Assembly (NCBI GenBank): GCA_965230395.1
Contig: CBDDKV010000002.1
Coordinates: forward strand, 1,408,947-1,472,946
Reading direction: 5' to 3'
DNA length: 64,000 bases
From: Bacteroidales bacterium
GTDB taxonomy: Bacteria; Bacteroidota; Bacteroidia; Bacteroidales; UBA10428
A program made the position numbers and the translations under genes. Positions 9,222-21,200 of this stretch are shown piece by piece. The notes beneath the pieces are model-generated. The model saw nothing but the letters and a program-made list of their open reading frames with translations, ran no database searches and was not told where the DNA came from. The first letter of the stretch is position 1. Every line of letters starts with the position of its first letter.

Positions 9222-12200
9222 CTATTTACCTGTTCTTACAACTTTTATGGTTTCCAGCTTATCAGCGGTGCGGACTTCGATGATAAATGCTCCCTGGTTA
9301 ATAAACCTGTTCAGTTGAAGGGTTTCAACCAAATTAATGGAGTGCTTGCCTTCTGTAAGTTCCATGTTTGTCGAAACCAGCTTTTGTTGCAGTACATCAT
9401 AAACCGAGATCTCAACGTTTGATGCCTGGTCTAATACCATATCAAGATTTACCTGCCCGGCAAACGGGTTCGGGTAAACATGCAGGCTCATGCCGGTCTC
9501 AGCAATTTCTGCTTCTTCGATGTTTGTATTATGAACCATAAACCCATAAGGCTCAGAAACACTTCCAATCCGGTCGTTGATTCTGAAGGTCAATTCGTTG
9601 CTGATGTCGAATTCTTTCTTCGTTTCGCCAGGGCAGAAGCTGAATGTTAATTGTTCATCCTGTTCAGCATAAACATACATAGATACCATGTGGCGGTTCA
9701 CTTCAGGAACGTAGGTTACATTTCCAATCCCGCGCACACTTCCGTATTTGTCAAAAGCAACCACTTTATCGTTTTCAGAATAGTCGGAGACTCCGATTAC
9801 TTCACCAATGATGGTTGCGTTATGTTCATAGTCAGAAGGTTTAACCTCATAAGCAAATGAACTTGCCTTTGCCGATTTCAGGTATTTATTATTGCTCTGC
9901 GGATAGGTAGAAATTCCCTCTCCTTCAAGGAAGGTAAGAATGTCCGGGGCATTTGCTTTGATTTTGTATGCCCTGAACGGCCTGATTTCTTCCAGCGACC
10001 CTATCCATTTTTTATGGGTATATTCGGCCACACCATCCACTGATTTAATTACGGCCGAACTTGCACTTCCGGTATTAAACTTCATGGAGCCGTTTATGTT
10101 CTGGCGCGATTGGACAGGACTGCCAATTAAGAACCATCCATTTGCTTCGAACAGGTTAAACCCGTTGCGGATACGTTCTTCATTTCCGGAGAAACGAAGG
10201 GCATTGGCTTTCCCAAGATAAATCCAGTATCCCTCGCCCGGGGTTATGGTGTCAACATCGGAGAAAGTTATCCACTTACCGGCTTCCGCGCTATATTGAG
10301 CCATGCTTTGGTTGTTGTGCCCTTTCAGTAAATCGCCATCGGTTAAGTCCATTCCATTGAAAACAGCATTGAATGTTGGGTTTTCAGGAAGGGCATTTAG
10401 CGAGAACATATTCCAGCCCTTATCGAAATGGATGTACCGAACCCTGTTTTCTGCAGATTCTACGGTTAAATGATGAGCTTCTACCGAGCTGCCATAAACT
10501 CTGTCGATAGCAAAAGTTGCCACTGAGTCTGCCTTGGCGTTGTATTCCATGCCTGTACTTGCGTCCCAGTAACGGAACTCAATGGTATCGTTGATGTCGC
10601 CATCGTTGCCCCATACGTTCATGTACAACAAGTGATGGCCACCAATTTTCCGGAACCTGGCAACACCTCTTACGGTATTATTGATAACAGCAGCCACAAC
10701 ATCATTGGTGTCGGTTATTTGTATATCATCAACTTTCAGGTCGGCAATAACATTCATTGACATGTTATAGTCTGATAAATCAACAGACCAGCCGACAGGA
10801 TCGGGCAGGATGGTTACTTCAAAAACAGTTTTAGCACTTATATGGCCGTCCATGTTGGCGTATAAGGTATCGAAGTAAGTGCCCGCAGATTTGTTGTTGC
10901 TGTTAAACTGAAGAGAGATGTTACGTTTTCCATCGTTGAACAGCATGGATTTCCCGTTGGTTACAGGAAGGCCTTTATCATCGTAAACCTGAACCCATGA
11001 AGCATCCCAACCGCTAAGACTGAATCGGGTAATCTGTTCCACAGCACTGGTAACTTTAGTTTCAAAATCGTGGGTGCTGTTGCGGTTCATTGAGATTTGC
11101 ACATAGTCTTCTGTGAAAGTTACGGGTGAGCAATTTACCCTGAATGACCAACTGAATGGTTCGGCCATTCCATTTCCGGCAAGGTCTTTCACATCAGCAA
11201 TGGTAATCTTCAGCGTATCGCCATGAATAGCTTCCAGTGCAGTATCTTCTATATCGAAATACAGTTTACCTCCACTACAACGTACAGAAAAATTCACTTT
11301 GGTGCCGGATAGTGTTTCAACAGAGAACAGGCTGGTATCCATAACCTGACAGTCGATATTATCGTTGAAAGTAACCAAAATATCTTCTCCCGTGCGAAGG
11401 ACTCCGTCTGCTTCCGGTTGCGGGCTGCCAAACACGGCCATTGAGGCACGGTCAATCTTACCTTTTACGGTATTTGAATATGTATAGCCAGATTTTCCAC
11501 CTTCGGCCATTGCACGAAGAATGTATGTTCCGTCTACAACTGAGGCATCGTTGGTAATGTCCCAAACCATCGGATAGGTTGGCACCGGATAAATATTGCC
11601 GTATTCTTTCTCGAAACGCACTAATGAGTCGGCGGTTACGGTGCCAATATCATACCATTTGTCTGCCCCACCTCTTTTGTATTGAAGAATGATGGAGTCA
11701 AGAGAAAAGTATTTATTTTCAGCATAGAAGTCGGTAAGTGTTACCGGCAGTACTTCCTGCTTTCCTTCAGGGGCCTTGTTGATTTTCCAGTCGGTGTTTG
11801 GTTCAAAAACAGTAACGGGAGAACAGGGTTTCCTGAAGTACACTTTTAAGGGAATGGTGTCGCCAACGAATGGTGAAGATTCACAAGATGCCCTTACCAC
11901 TAAGTTCAGGTCTTCGTAGTTGAAGTTTGGCATACGTGCCCATACTTTTACCTCTGCAACCTGACTTTCTCCTTCGCGAATGTATATTTCTTCTCCCTTG
12001 GTTGAAGAAAGTCGTGTCTGGCCAATCTTTATATCGGCACCTTTTGAGTTGCTGTTGTGTGCCATGTAGATTTTTACCAACCGGCCATCGTTTGCCCTTG
12101 TTGCCCCATTGGAAACGGAGAACTTAAATACAGCGGGTTTTTTATGGTCTACATCGTATTGTATGTTGTTGTAGGTTACATTGACCGTGTCATCACCTTT

Positions 12201-15200
12201 TACTTCCGGAACAACCATGCTGGTGTAAATCTGCGAGCGGTTAATAGTACCTTTTTCATACGGACACATACTGTACCCGCCAAATACCTGGAAGTATGGT
12301 GAATAACCGGAGCGTGTCGGGTCAAAAATCATCACACTGTATTCATCCAGATAATCGTCATCGTTAAAGTAGTACCCAAATTTCTGGGAATTACCAAAGG
12401 TGGAAGATTCCGACTCGGTATAGGAATATTGATGTGATGCTCCAACACTGGCTTTAAGCCGGGCAGCTAATTTAAAGTAAGATTCAGTAACGAACTTGGC
12501 TTCAAAACCAACAGACGCATAAGGTGTATTGTGTTTGATACCGGATTTATTGTCTACCTTAAACGTTTTTATTTCATAAAAGGCATCCACACCAACACTT
12601 CCTTTACCTCCGCTAAAGGCGTTTATTTTGTAGCTTCTGCTTCCAAACCACTTTGTGTTGGTTTCCCTTGTTATTCCGGTACCGGCCACAAAGGTTTCGT
12701 TCCTTACTTTTGCTTTTATGAGTTGTGATTTTAAGGTGTCTTTTATATCCGTGATTTCCTTATTGTCGCCCCAGTCGCTGCCGGCAGATGTATACATTCC
12801 AACAATGCCATAGCTAAGTTCTTTGAGGTCAGAATTGCTGGGATTGTTGCTTAAGTTCTTCCATCCTTCAAAGTTGGTTGTGTACCAATCGTTTGTTGCA
12901 TTCATTGGATCTTGTTCCGGGTCTGTACTAAATAATATTCCCGATATGTCATCAAGAGCACTGTTGTATGCGTCTAACTGACTTGGTACCCAGTTGATTT
13001 CCAGAGAACCATCAATGTAACTGTTGGGGTCATCTTTAAATCCGGAGGCTACCTGAATCGTGTCTCTCGTTTTATTCGGGTCGAATTTGAAGAACTGGTT
13101 ACAGAAACTGCACGCTCCACTTAGGTTTTCTGATGAAACGGGGCTTGTTTTTTTCAACCTGTTCTGATCGTAAATTATACGGCACACATCATAATGTGGC
13201 AATGATTGGGTTGAATACATTTTAAGGATGCTGAGCCAGTTGTCCCTGACCGATTTTAACTTGCCGGCGTCTTCCTGCTTTTTCTGAAGAAGTTCGTCAG
13301 ACATATTCAGGTTATCGATTTGTGTCTGCAGATTATCAATTTTATCGTCTAAATCCTTCAGTTTATCATCGATAACTCCCAGTGTATAGGTCCATTGTGT
13401 GTTCACTCCGTCCCAGTTAATGGTGTTGGCATGATATTCCACAATAGCACAGGTTTCTTCTTCTTCGGTTTCAATAATGTCAATTCCTTTTCCCACACTA
13501 ACCTGGTAGGCAAGGCCTACACCACCGATAATGTCTGCATAGTGTTGCTGCATAGAGGTTTCATGTGTAGTACTGAGCAAAGGTTTTTTAGATGTTTCCA
13601 GTTTTTCTTTGAATTCATAGGTTACATCGAGGTTAAAGTTATTATTGAATTGTGCTCCGTGTTCCCAGCTGTGATCGGATATGAGGTTTATAACAGCCAG
13701 GGGAATTGATACATGGCCGTTGCCATATTCGGTAGCTTTTCTTCCCTTGTTGAATGAAAAGGATTTTTTGATGGTTGTTCCTTTTTCAATGTAGCTGTAA
13801 CTCTGATCTCCCGGAGGATCGCGCAGGACAAACATGGGCAGGAGGACTTCATTTTTATTGTCATCTTCTGTCGGGTTGACCAATACGTCTTTTCCTTCGA
13901 GACTTTTCACCCCAAGTGTTAAAATAGGTTCTACCCTCTCGGCCAAAAATTCAGGGCTTGGGTTTAACTCGGCAAAGTACTCTACCTTAAAACTTTGCAG
14001 GTAAGGGTATACCGGAAGCGGTGCGCCACCAATAAATCCATATTCAACGGTTCCGTTTGTATTTACCGTATCAACAAATACATGGGAGTTATAGGCCTCT
14101 TCATAAGCACCTTCGCTGAAAGTACCAGAGGCTCCATCGTTGGTTATTACTACATATCCGCTTTGTACCGGACATTCTTCACCATCGAACTCCTCGATAA
14201 CCTGTACCTGGATGTTTTTATAAGAAGAATCGGTTTTTGCAATATAGAACCCGGGGGCTTCTCTAAAATTACATACATCGGATAGTTCTTCTCCCACTGT
14301 GTTCAGGATTTTTATCTCCGGTGTTTTGTGGAAGATAAAACTGACTGTTGTGTCGTAGTTGAAATTACCATTGTTGAACACATAGTTCTCATATTTTCCC
14401 TGGTAAGGAATTTGTTTTGAGCGGGTGCGGAAATAGTCGATGTATAACTTGGATGAAAGATCGAGGGGGTTGGCGTCAATTACACGAATACTATAATTGG
14501 CCGGGGCCAGTTTTACATTGAGCTTTCCGGCAAAATTGGTTTCGTATTCTTTGTAGTAGCTGTTATCAGTGCTTTGTACCGCAATGACGAATTTATGGTT
14601 TGGCAGGGCATAACCACAGGTGTTTTTTACCTTAAGGTTAAGGGAGTAATGGGTTGTATCGGCAAAGTTTACTCCTTCTTTTATTGGGTTGACTTCATCG
14701 ATTGGGAAAGCAACACTATCGGTGTTTGCTGCAAAATGCCAGTATGCGGTCGGATTGCTGCTGTTTGTGTTCGAGTTTTCGTGATACGTGTCAGCGATAA
14801 CTGCATACTTTGTGGTGTTCATAACTTTCCTGATTCCGAATTTGTAACTTCCATCGTCATTTGTTCTCACTGTTTCGGTTTGCAGTGTTGTGTCCCGTGC
14901 ATCTAAATAAAGAAGGGTTATTTTTACGCCTTTCTGCCCGCAATTACTAAACTCGTTATATACTTTTCCGGAAATGTATTTTCCGTTCAGGTCGAGTATG
15001 TCTTTGGCCAGGCCTCCTCGTTTATCTTTCTCAAGGAGTACTTCCTGGTTGTTGTTTACAAAGATGTGATTGTCATAGCTTGCGGCAACCGTGTAGGTAA
15101 TTCCTTCTTCTGGTATATCTATCCCATTTATAGTGTAGTTACCATTTTTGCCTGTTACGGTTGTAAAGGTTGTATATGGTTCGGTGCTGTTTTGTCTTCC

Positions 15201-18200
15201 CTTAATTTTTATTGTTGCTCCTTCAACCGGGTATTGGGTCTCATATGTTTTTACCCCCCCTGTTAAAGTACCCATTATTTTAGAATGACCTGTAGCCGTG
15301 TATAGGGCAAAAGCATTTCCATTTGCATCCTGCGGAACAACTTTATAAATGTACTTCGCCCCTTCTTCAACATCGTCGTCCATGTATGAAGTGTATGTTT
15401 TATTCAAAACATCAAGCAATGTGTATGGCTTTTCGGGGTTGGCATAACTCTTCCTGTAAATGGCTACCTGCGCGGGATGGGTATTTGTGCTGCCTAAGTA
15501 TTTCCATTTCAGTTTTACCTGGTCCATGTAGGTTCCGTCTGAAGCAGTAAAATAATCCAGTTTTTGTGTGCCGGACTGTCCCTGCGGGGTTGTAGAACTT
15601 GTAACCGGACGGGTTGTGAGGTGTACTTTCCCGTTTATAACCCGATAAGAATACAGCGCGTAGTTTTCTTCTCTGCTAATATGGTCGATATACCGGGTTG
15701 CTGATGATGTCAGCGTGTCAATTGCAGCTCCGTTTCTTTTTAACACAAATCCATCGCAATATTCCCAGTTGTAGTTCCACCTTAGTTCTACAAGGTTTAT
15801 GTCTGGCGAAGTGCAGGTTAAACTGTTAAATGCCGGGTATTGCGGGAAGGTTGCTGTGGTTTTCCTTACCGATGATGTATACTCTTTTTTGTCATTGCCC
15901 CTGTTAGTAAATGCTACGATATAAAAGTCGTACCGGGTATTCGGAATTCCGTTTTCAAACGTGTAGCTTAACTGTGATGCGTCGAGTTCGGCTATTTTTG
16001 AATAATCCAATCCTTTTCCGTTTTCACGGCCATAGAGATAGAAACCTCCTATGTTGTAATTGGATGGATATTGCCACGATATTTGTAATACATGGTTTCC
16101 GTTGTTCCCTGCTGTAAAGTTTGAAACGGGTTCAATATGTGGGAAGTATGCGGTGTCGGTAGCTGCTTCGGAGTAATACTTATCGTAATCGTTCTGGCGG
16201 TATGCCATTACCTGGTACTCATGGATGGTTTCGGGAAGCCCTGAAGTATCGATAAGTACAAAACTTGAGGCGGTATCTTCCACATAGGTTAAGGGCTCAT
16301 TATTTCTCATGATGAAGAAACCATCAACATAGGGTGCTGTATATTCCCAGCTTAACCTCACTTTGTTTTCAGAAATAAGGCTTCGCGCTTCCAGGTTCTG
16401 AGGTGTGGTAAGGTAAGGGAACCTTGCTGATGCGGTATATCCACGGGTGTATTTCCGGGTGGTTTTATTATATCCTTTGATGGTATAATTGTACTCGAGT
16501 CCCGGAACACCTGTTGTGTCGAGGAACGATGTGTTTTCTCCGGCTTTAACAACTCCAATTAATTTATACAGACGGTAAATCTCGAAAAAGTCAACTTTAC
16601 CGGTATATCCCCAGTACAATTCAATCCTGTTGCTGTCAATTTGTTCAACAATGTCAATTTGATCGATGGTTGCATACCCGGGATATTTGACTGAGTATAG
16701 GGCTTTGGTTGTTGCCGAGGTATCTTGTTCGTATGGCGTTGAGAGCATGGCTGCAACTCCGTAGTTGTAGATATAGCCCGGCATAGCAGTTCTATCCGTA
16801 TATTCAAAAGTGTTGTTGTCATCAATTTTAGCAATAAGTTGTTCGTTTCGGTATACGAGGAAGCTGGTGTAATTTTCACTTTCCGTCATCCAGCTTACTT
16901 TAACATTTTCCTGGTTTTCACGGGCAATGCCGGATACCGATAATATTTCAGAGACTTTCAATCTGTTTGTGCTACCGGAAGTATTATGGGACAGCTTGTC
17001 AATAAGCTTAACCATAGTTCCTTCACCTTCCGGTTCAATGTCAGCACTTACATTATCAAACCTGTGATCCGGATGGTATGCACTAACAGTAATCCCTGCC
17101 GACCGGTTCCTGTCCATGGGCAGGTTGTCGAACCTGAATTCACCGTTTGCATCTGTAAGGGTTTTTACATGGGTTGTTTTGCCATATGCCTGGAAACGAA
17201 CGGTTATGTCAACATTTTTTATCCCTTCATATTGGTTATGGGTCAGAACTTTTCCTCCGATAAAATAAGGAGAACTTACCGAGCCAAAGGCATAAATGGG
17301 GTCGCTCATTCGAATGTCGGTTTCACTTCGTCTCAGTTCTGCCACAATGTGGTACTTGTATTCTTTTCCGGGCTCCAGGGTTGAATCGTAATCATAGTAA
17401 GTCCGTTTGAAATGGCCTACAGTATCAACCAATACTCCGTCTCTGTAAATCCGGAAGGTTGGCTTTATGTAAAGCGGGTACTCCCATGACAGACGGATAT
17501 AATCTTTGTATATTCCCTCTGAAGCAGTAAACCGGGCGGGGTTTTCCAATGCATTTGTAAACTGAACTTCCTGATTAAATAATGAAGCAACATTGGTATA
17601 GGAATCATCTTTCTTTACCTGGAGATGGACGTGGTAGAGTTTATCTACTGTGTGCGCCGGAATGTTGTGGTATTTTCGTGTGGAAGGGGGCAGCTCAACT
17701 TCGGTTACAGCCAATGGGCCGGAATGGTTATGGCACCTTCTGAACAGCACGGCATCAGGAATTTGTCGTTTGGAAATTCCGGGACCGGAATAGGATACCG
17801 TAAGGGACTGGCCATACATTCCCTGAAAATAAGAAAGCCTGATGGGTAAGTAGCCAGGCGCTAACCGCCTTGTTCCGTTGCGTTCAATTGTGCCGTGTAC
17901 TCCATCGTTATTTACTACTTCTTCTCCATTGATGTAGAGTTTGCTTCCATCATCAGATGAGGTGTAAAAGGTGTAATCTCCTGCTGTTTCAATTTTAATG
18001 TATCCTTCATAAATGAAACCACTGTTTGGGTTCATGCCTCCGTTCTGGAAATTTGAAACGATAATATGACCTGTTGGCTGCCTGTTGTCCATTTCATGGA
18101 CAGAATTGGTAACTGCGTTATAATGGGCACATGTTAACCCGTTTTCAAGGCATGCATCTTCTATCGATAACCTGAACCCGTCCTGAAAACCATGATCATA

Positions 18201-21200
18201 ATCCCATGAAAGGTCTAATGATGTCATTATATCATTGTTTCTGCTCAGCGTTGTTAATGGTGCTGCGGGATACGAGGCATTTGTGGCAGCAATATCAGAA
18301 TAAACGGTATCGGTTTGTTTCTTCGGATTGTTTAACCGGAATGCCCTTATTCCATATTCATGGCCTTCACCAAATGCACTTCCTGATTGGTCGGTATATT
18401 CATTGGGCGAATTTTTGGCAACTCTGTTTAATACCGTCCATTCGGTTGAACCTGGTTCTCTTCTTAACACTTCAAACCCATCGAAATTATAGGTTTGTTT
18501 CTCTGTATTATAATCCCAACTGACTCCGACGGATACGTTTGCACTGTTGGCCGCAGCAATAACACCTGAAGGTGCAATGAGTTCCGGATAAACGGTTTGT
18601 GCTGAAATCAGGTTGGAGTAAGCAGAATCTTTACCATTGTTTAAGGTGTACGTTTTAATACTGTAGGTTGTGTTTTCACCCGGAACGCCATAGGAATCGG
18701 TAAATACCTGCGAACCCGTTTTTGTTGAACCCATATGTTTTCCGTTTCGGTAAACAACCAGTCCGTCGTATTCTTTATCGTTTTTAACCGTGTTGACCGA
18801 CAAGGAGATTGAGGCATTGGGGTTTTGCGCAATATTGATACCCGACAGATTGGAAAGCATAGGAATGTTTATTCGTTTTTTTGCTTCCTGGTAGTTTAAT
18901 TTACTCGATTTCCTGAACGGGCGATAAGCAATTACATGATAAATGTATTTCTCCCCGGGTTGAACCGTTGTGTCTCTATATGTGCCAATAAATGGTTCAG
19001 AGAGATATTTCAGGTCATTTTCGCTAAGAGGGATGCCAAAGAATTCCCCTTCTTCTTCGTTAAATTCCAAACCACCGGATTGATCCAATGTGACCAGGTA
19101 TTCCAGATCGTTTACAGAAGTGTAAACATCATTGGTGCTATGGCGATATACATTAAATAAAAGATTATCTTCTTTATGGTTATAAACCCAGCTTATATTG
19201 GCCGTTTGTGCCGATGTATATGCTTTAAATACTTCCGGGTAGAGATAGTCTTCCTGTTCTTTTGCTTCGAAACCGGAATTATCATAAATAACTATATTCT
19301 TCAGTCCTCGGTTTCGTCCGTCTAATGTGTATGAAGGTTTTTCCGGTTCTAATTCGTGTTTGCCATACTTAGCGGATAATGTAACGTTTGCCCCGTACCC
19401 GTAGTACACATTGCTAACCTCAAAATATCCGACATTATTGGTTACTGCCGGGTAAGTATAGGTTTTGTCTTTTACTAAAACCGAAACGGTTACTTCAGCA
19501 TTCGGGACACAGTAGTTTTCGTTTCGTGTACATACATAACCCGAAATTATACCATTTGGGGCAATAAATGAGGTGTCACTTACACCGCTATATTCTTTTC
19601 CGTTTTGCAATAAACGTACCTCGTAAGTTTCTATAGAACCAAACTTGGGCCAGCAATAGCGTGCAGACTGGTTCCCGTTAAAGATATCACGGGTTGTGAT
19701 GTACTCTATAAATTCTCCATCACGATAAAGTTTCAGGCTGTCGCAGCGAATGCTCATTTCCCCGTCACCGAGAAAGTTGGGCAGGTTTATGATTACCGTG
19801 TCGTTTAATGCATGGGCTGATATGCTGTAGTTGTATAAGCGCCCCCGGCCGGTGGCAACGTCCAGTTCTTTGTTCAGTTCGTCGCTGTAAATAGTGACCT
19901 TGTAGTCGTAATTTGTACCTACTTGCGGGCATTTCGCATTATTAAATTCAAAACAATCTTCGTACGTATATGCTTCGTTTACCGTTGCCAGGTATTTATA
20001 CGCTGATGCTGATGCTTCTTTTCGGTAGATTTTGAACACTTTGTCTAAATCGGACGGAGTGGACCAGGAGAGGGTGATTTTACCCGGATCGTTTGTTGTG
20101 ACATCGTTCATTCTTCCTTGTACGTAAGGAGTGGTAATGGCTGTAGAACTTAGCGAACTGCAAACCGGGTCACCGAATGAGTAGTCGTAAATATTAAGGG
20201 TGTAGTCCCGCCGTCTGTCCGGTCCCAGGAACTCACTGATGCTGTAGTCAAAAGTACGGTTATGAATGGCATTACTTTCAAAATAGCTCCATTCGCTGTT
20301 TACTTTTGTGGCGTTCAGGCCTGCATGTGCATGGGTTGCAGAAAGGTCAACCGGAAGGTTGTTTCCGGTAATTGCATCCAGTTTAAAGTAAGCCAGCAGT
20401 GTTTCTTCATTTCCGGTGCGTTCGTAGCGGTGGTTGTACATTACCTCCTGCGATGTGCGTACTTCGCTCCAGATACGCCATTCGGAGATTGCTGCACTTA
20501 CTGCATGGCCTGCACCATCGCCGAAAGCTTTGCTGAAATCCCATTCCGGCGATGCATTAACACGGCCTTTTTTTTCTCCGTCAACATACAAATCCAGTTT
20601 GCTGTCTGAAGAAGATACAAAGGCCAGGTGGTACCAGGTGTCTGTAGTGTTCAGGGCATAATTAAAACTTTTTACCCTGTTTCCATCAAAGATTTTCAGG
20701 GTATTGTCTGCCTTGTCAATAAAAACACGGGGACCTGCATTGCTGTGTAAGAGATACATATCCCTTCCAAGTGTTTTGGCCGTATTTTCAAGCCTTATCC
20801 AGAACTCATTGGTCCACGTAGCCCGGTGATATTTTGAGTTCAGGGCTGAAATATCAATATGGCCATTAGCGTTATCGAAGTTGAGCTGAAATTCTGAACT
20901 GTACTTATTGGCAGCCAGAAATGCGTCAACATCCCTGGACATAATTACCTGATCATATACAATCTTATTGTTGGTGTAATCTTTAACTACAAAATATACA
21001 TCGTTGCCACTGGGGGATTTCAGGCAGTTGGCATCAATTTTCCAGCTTACGTTGGAATACGCGTCGGACTGGTACTGACTAGACATAAGACCAAAATACA
21101 TTGTTTTACCGGCATCGGTGAAGAATGTAGTTTCATCGTATTCGTTGTATACGGAGGTTGAATTATAGGCTTGCAGGCAGTATTCGTAAGTTACGCCGCC

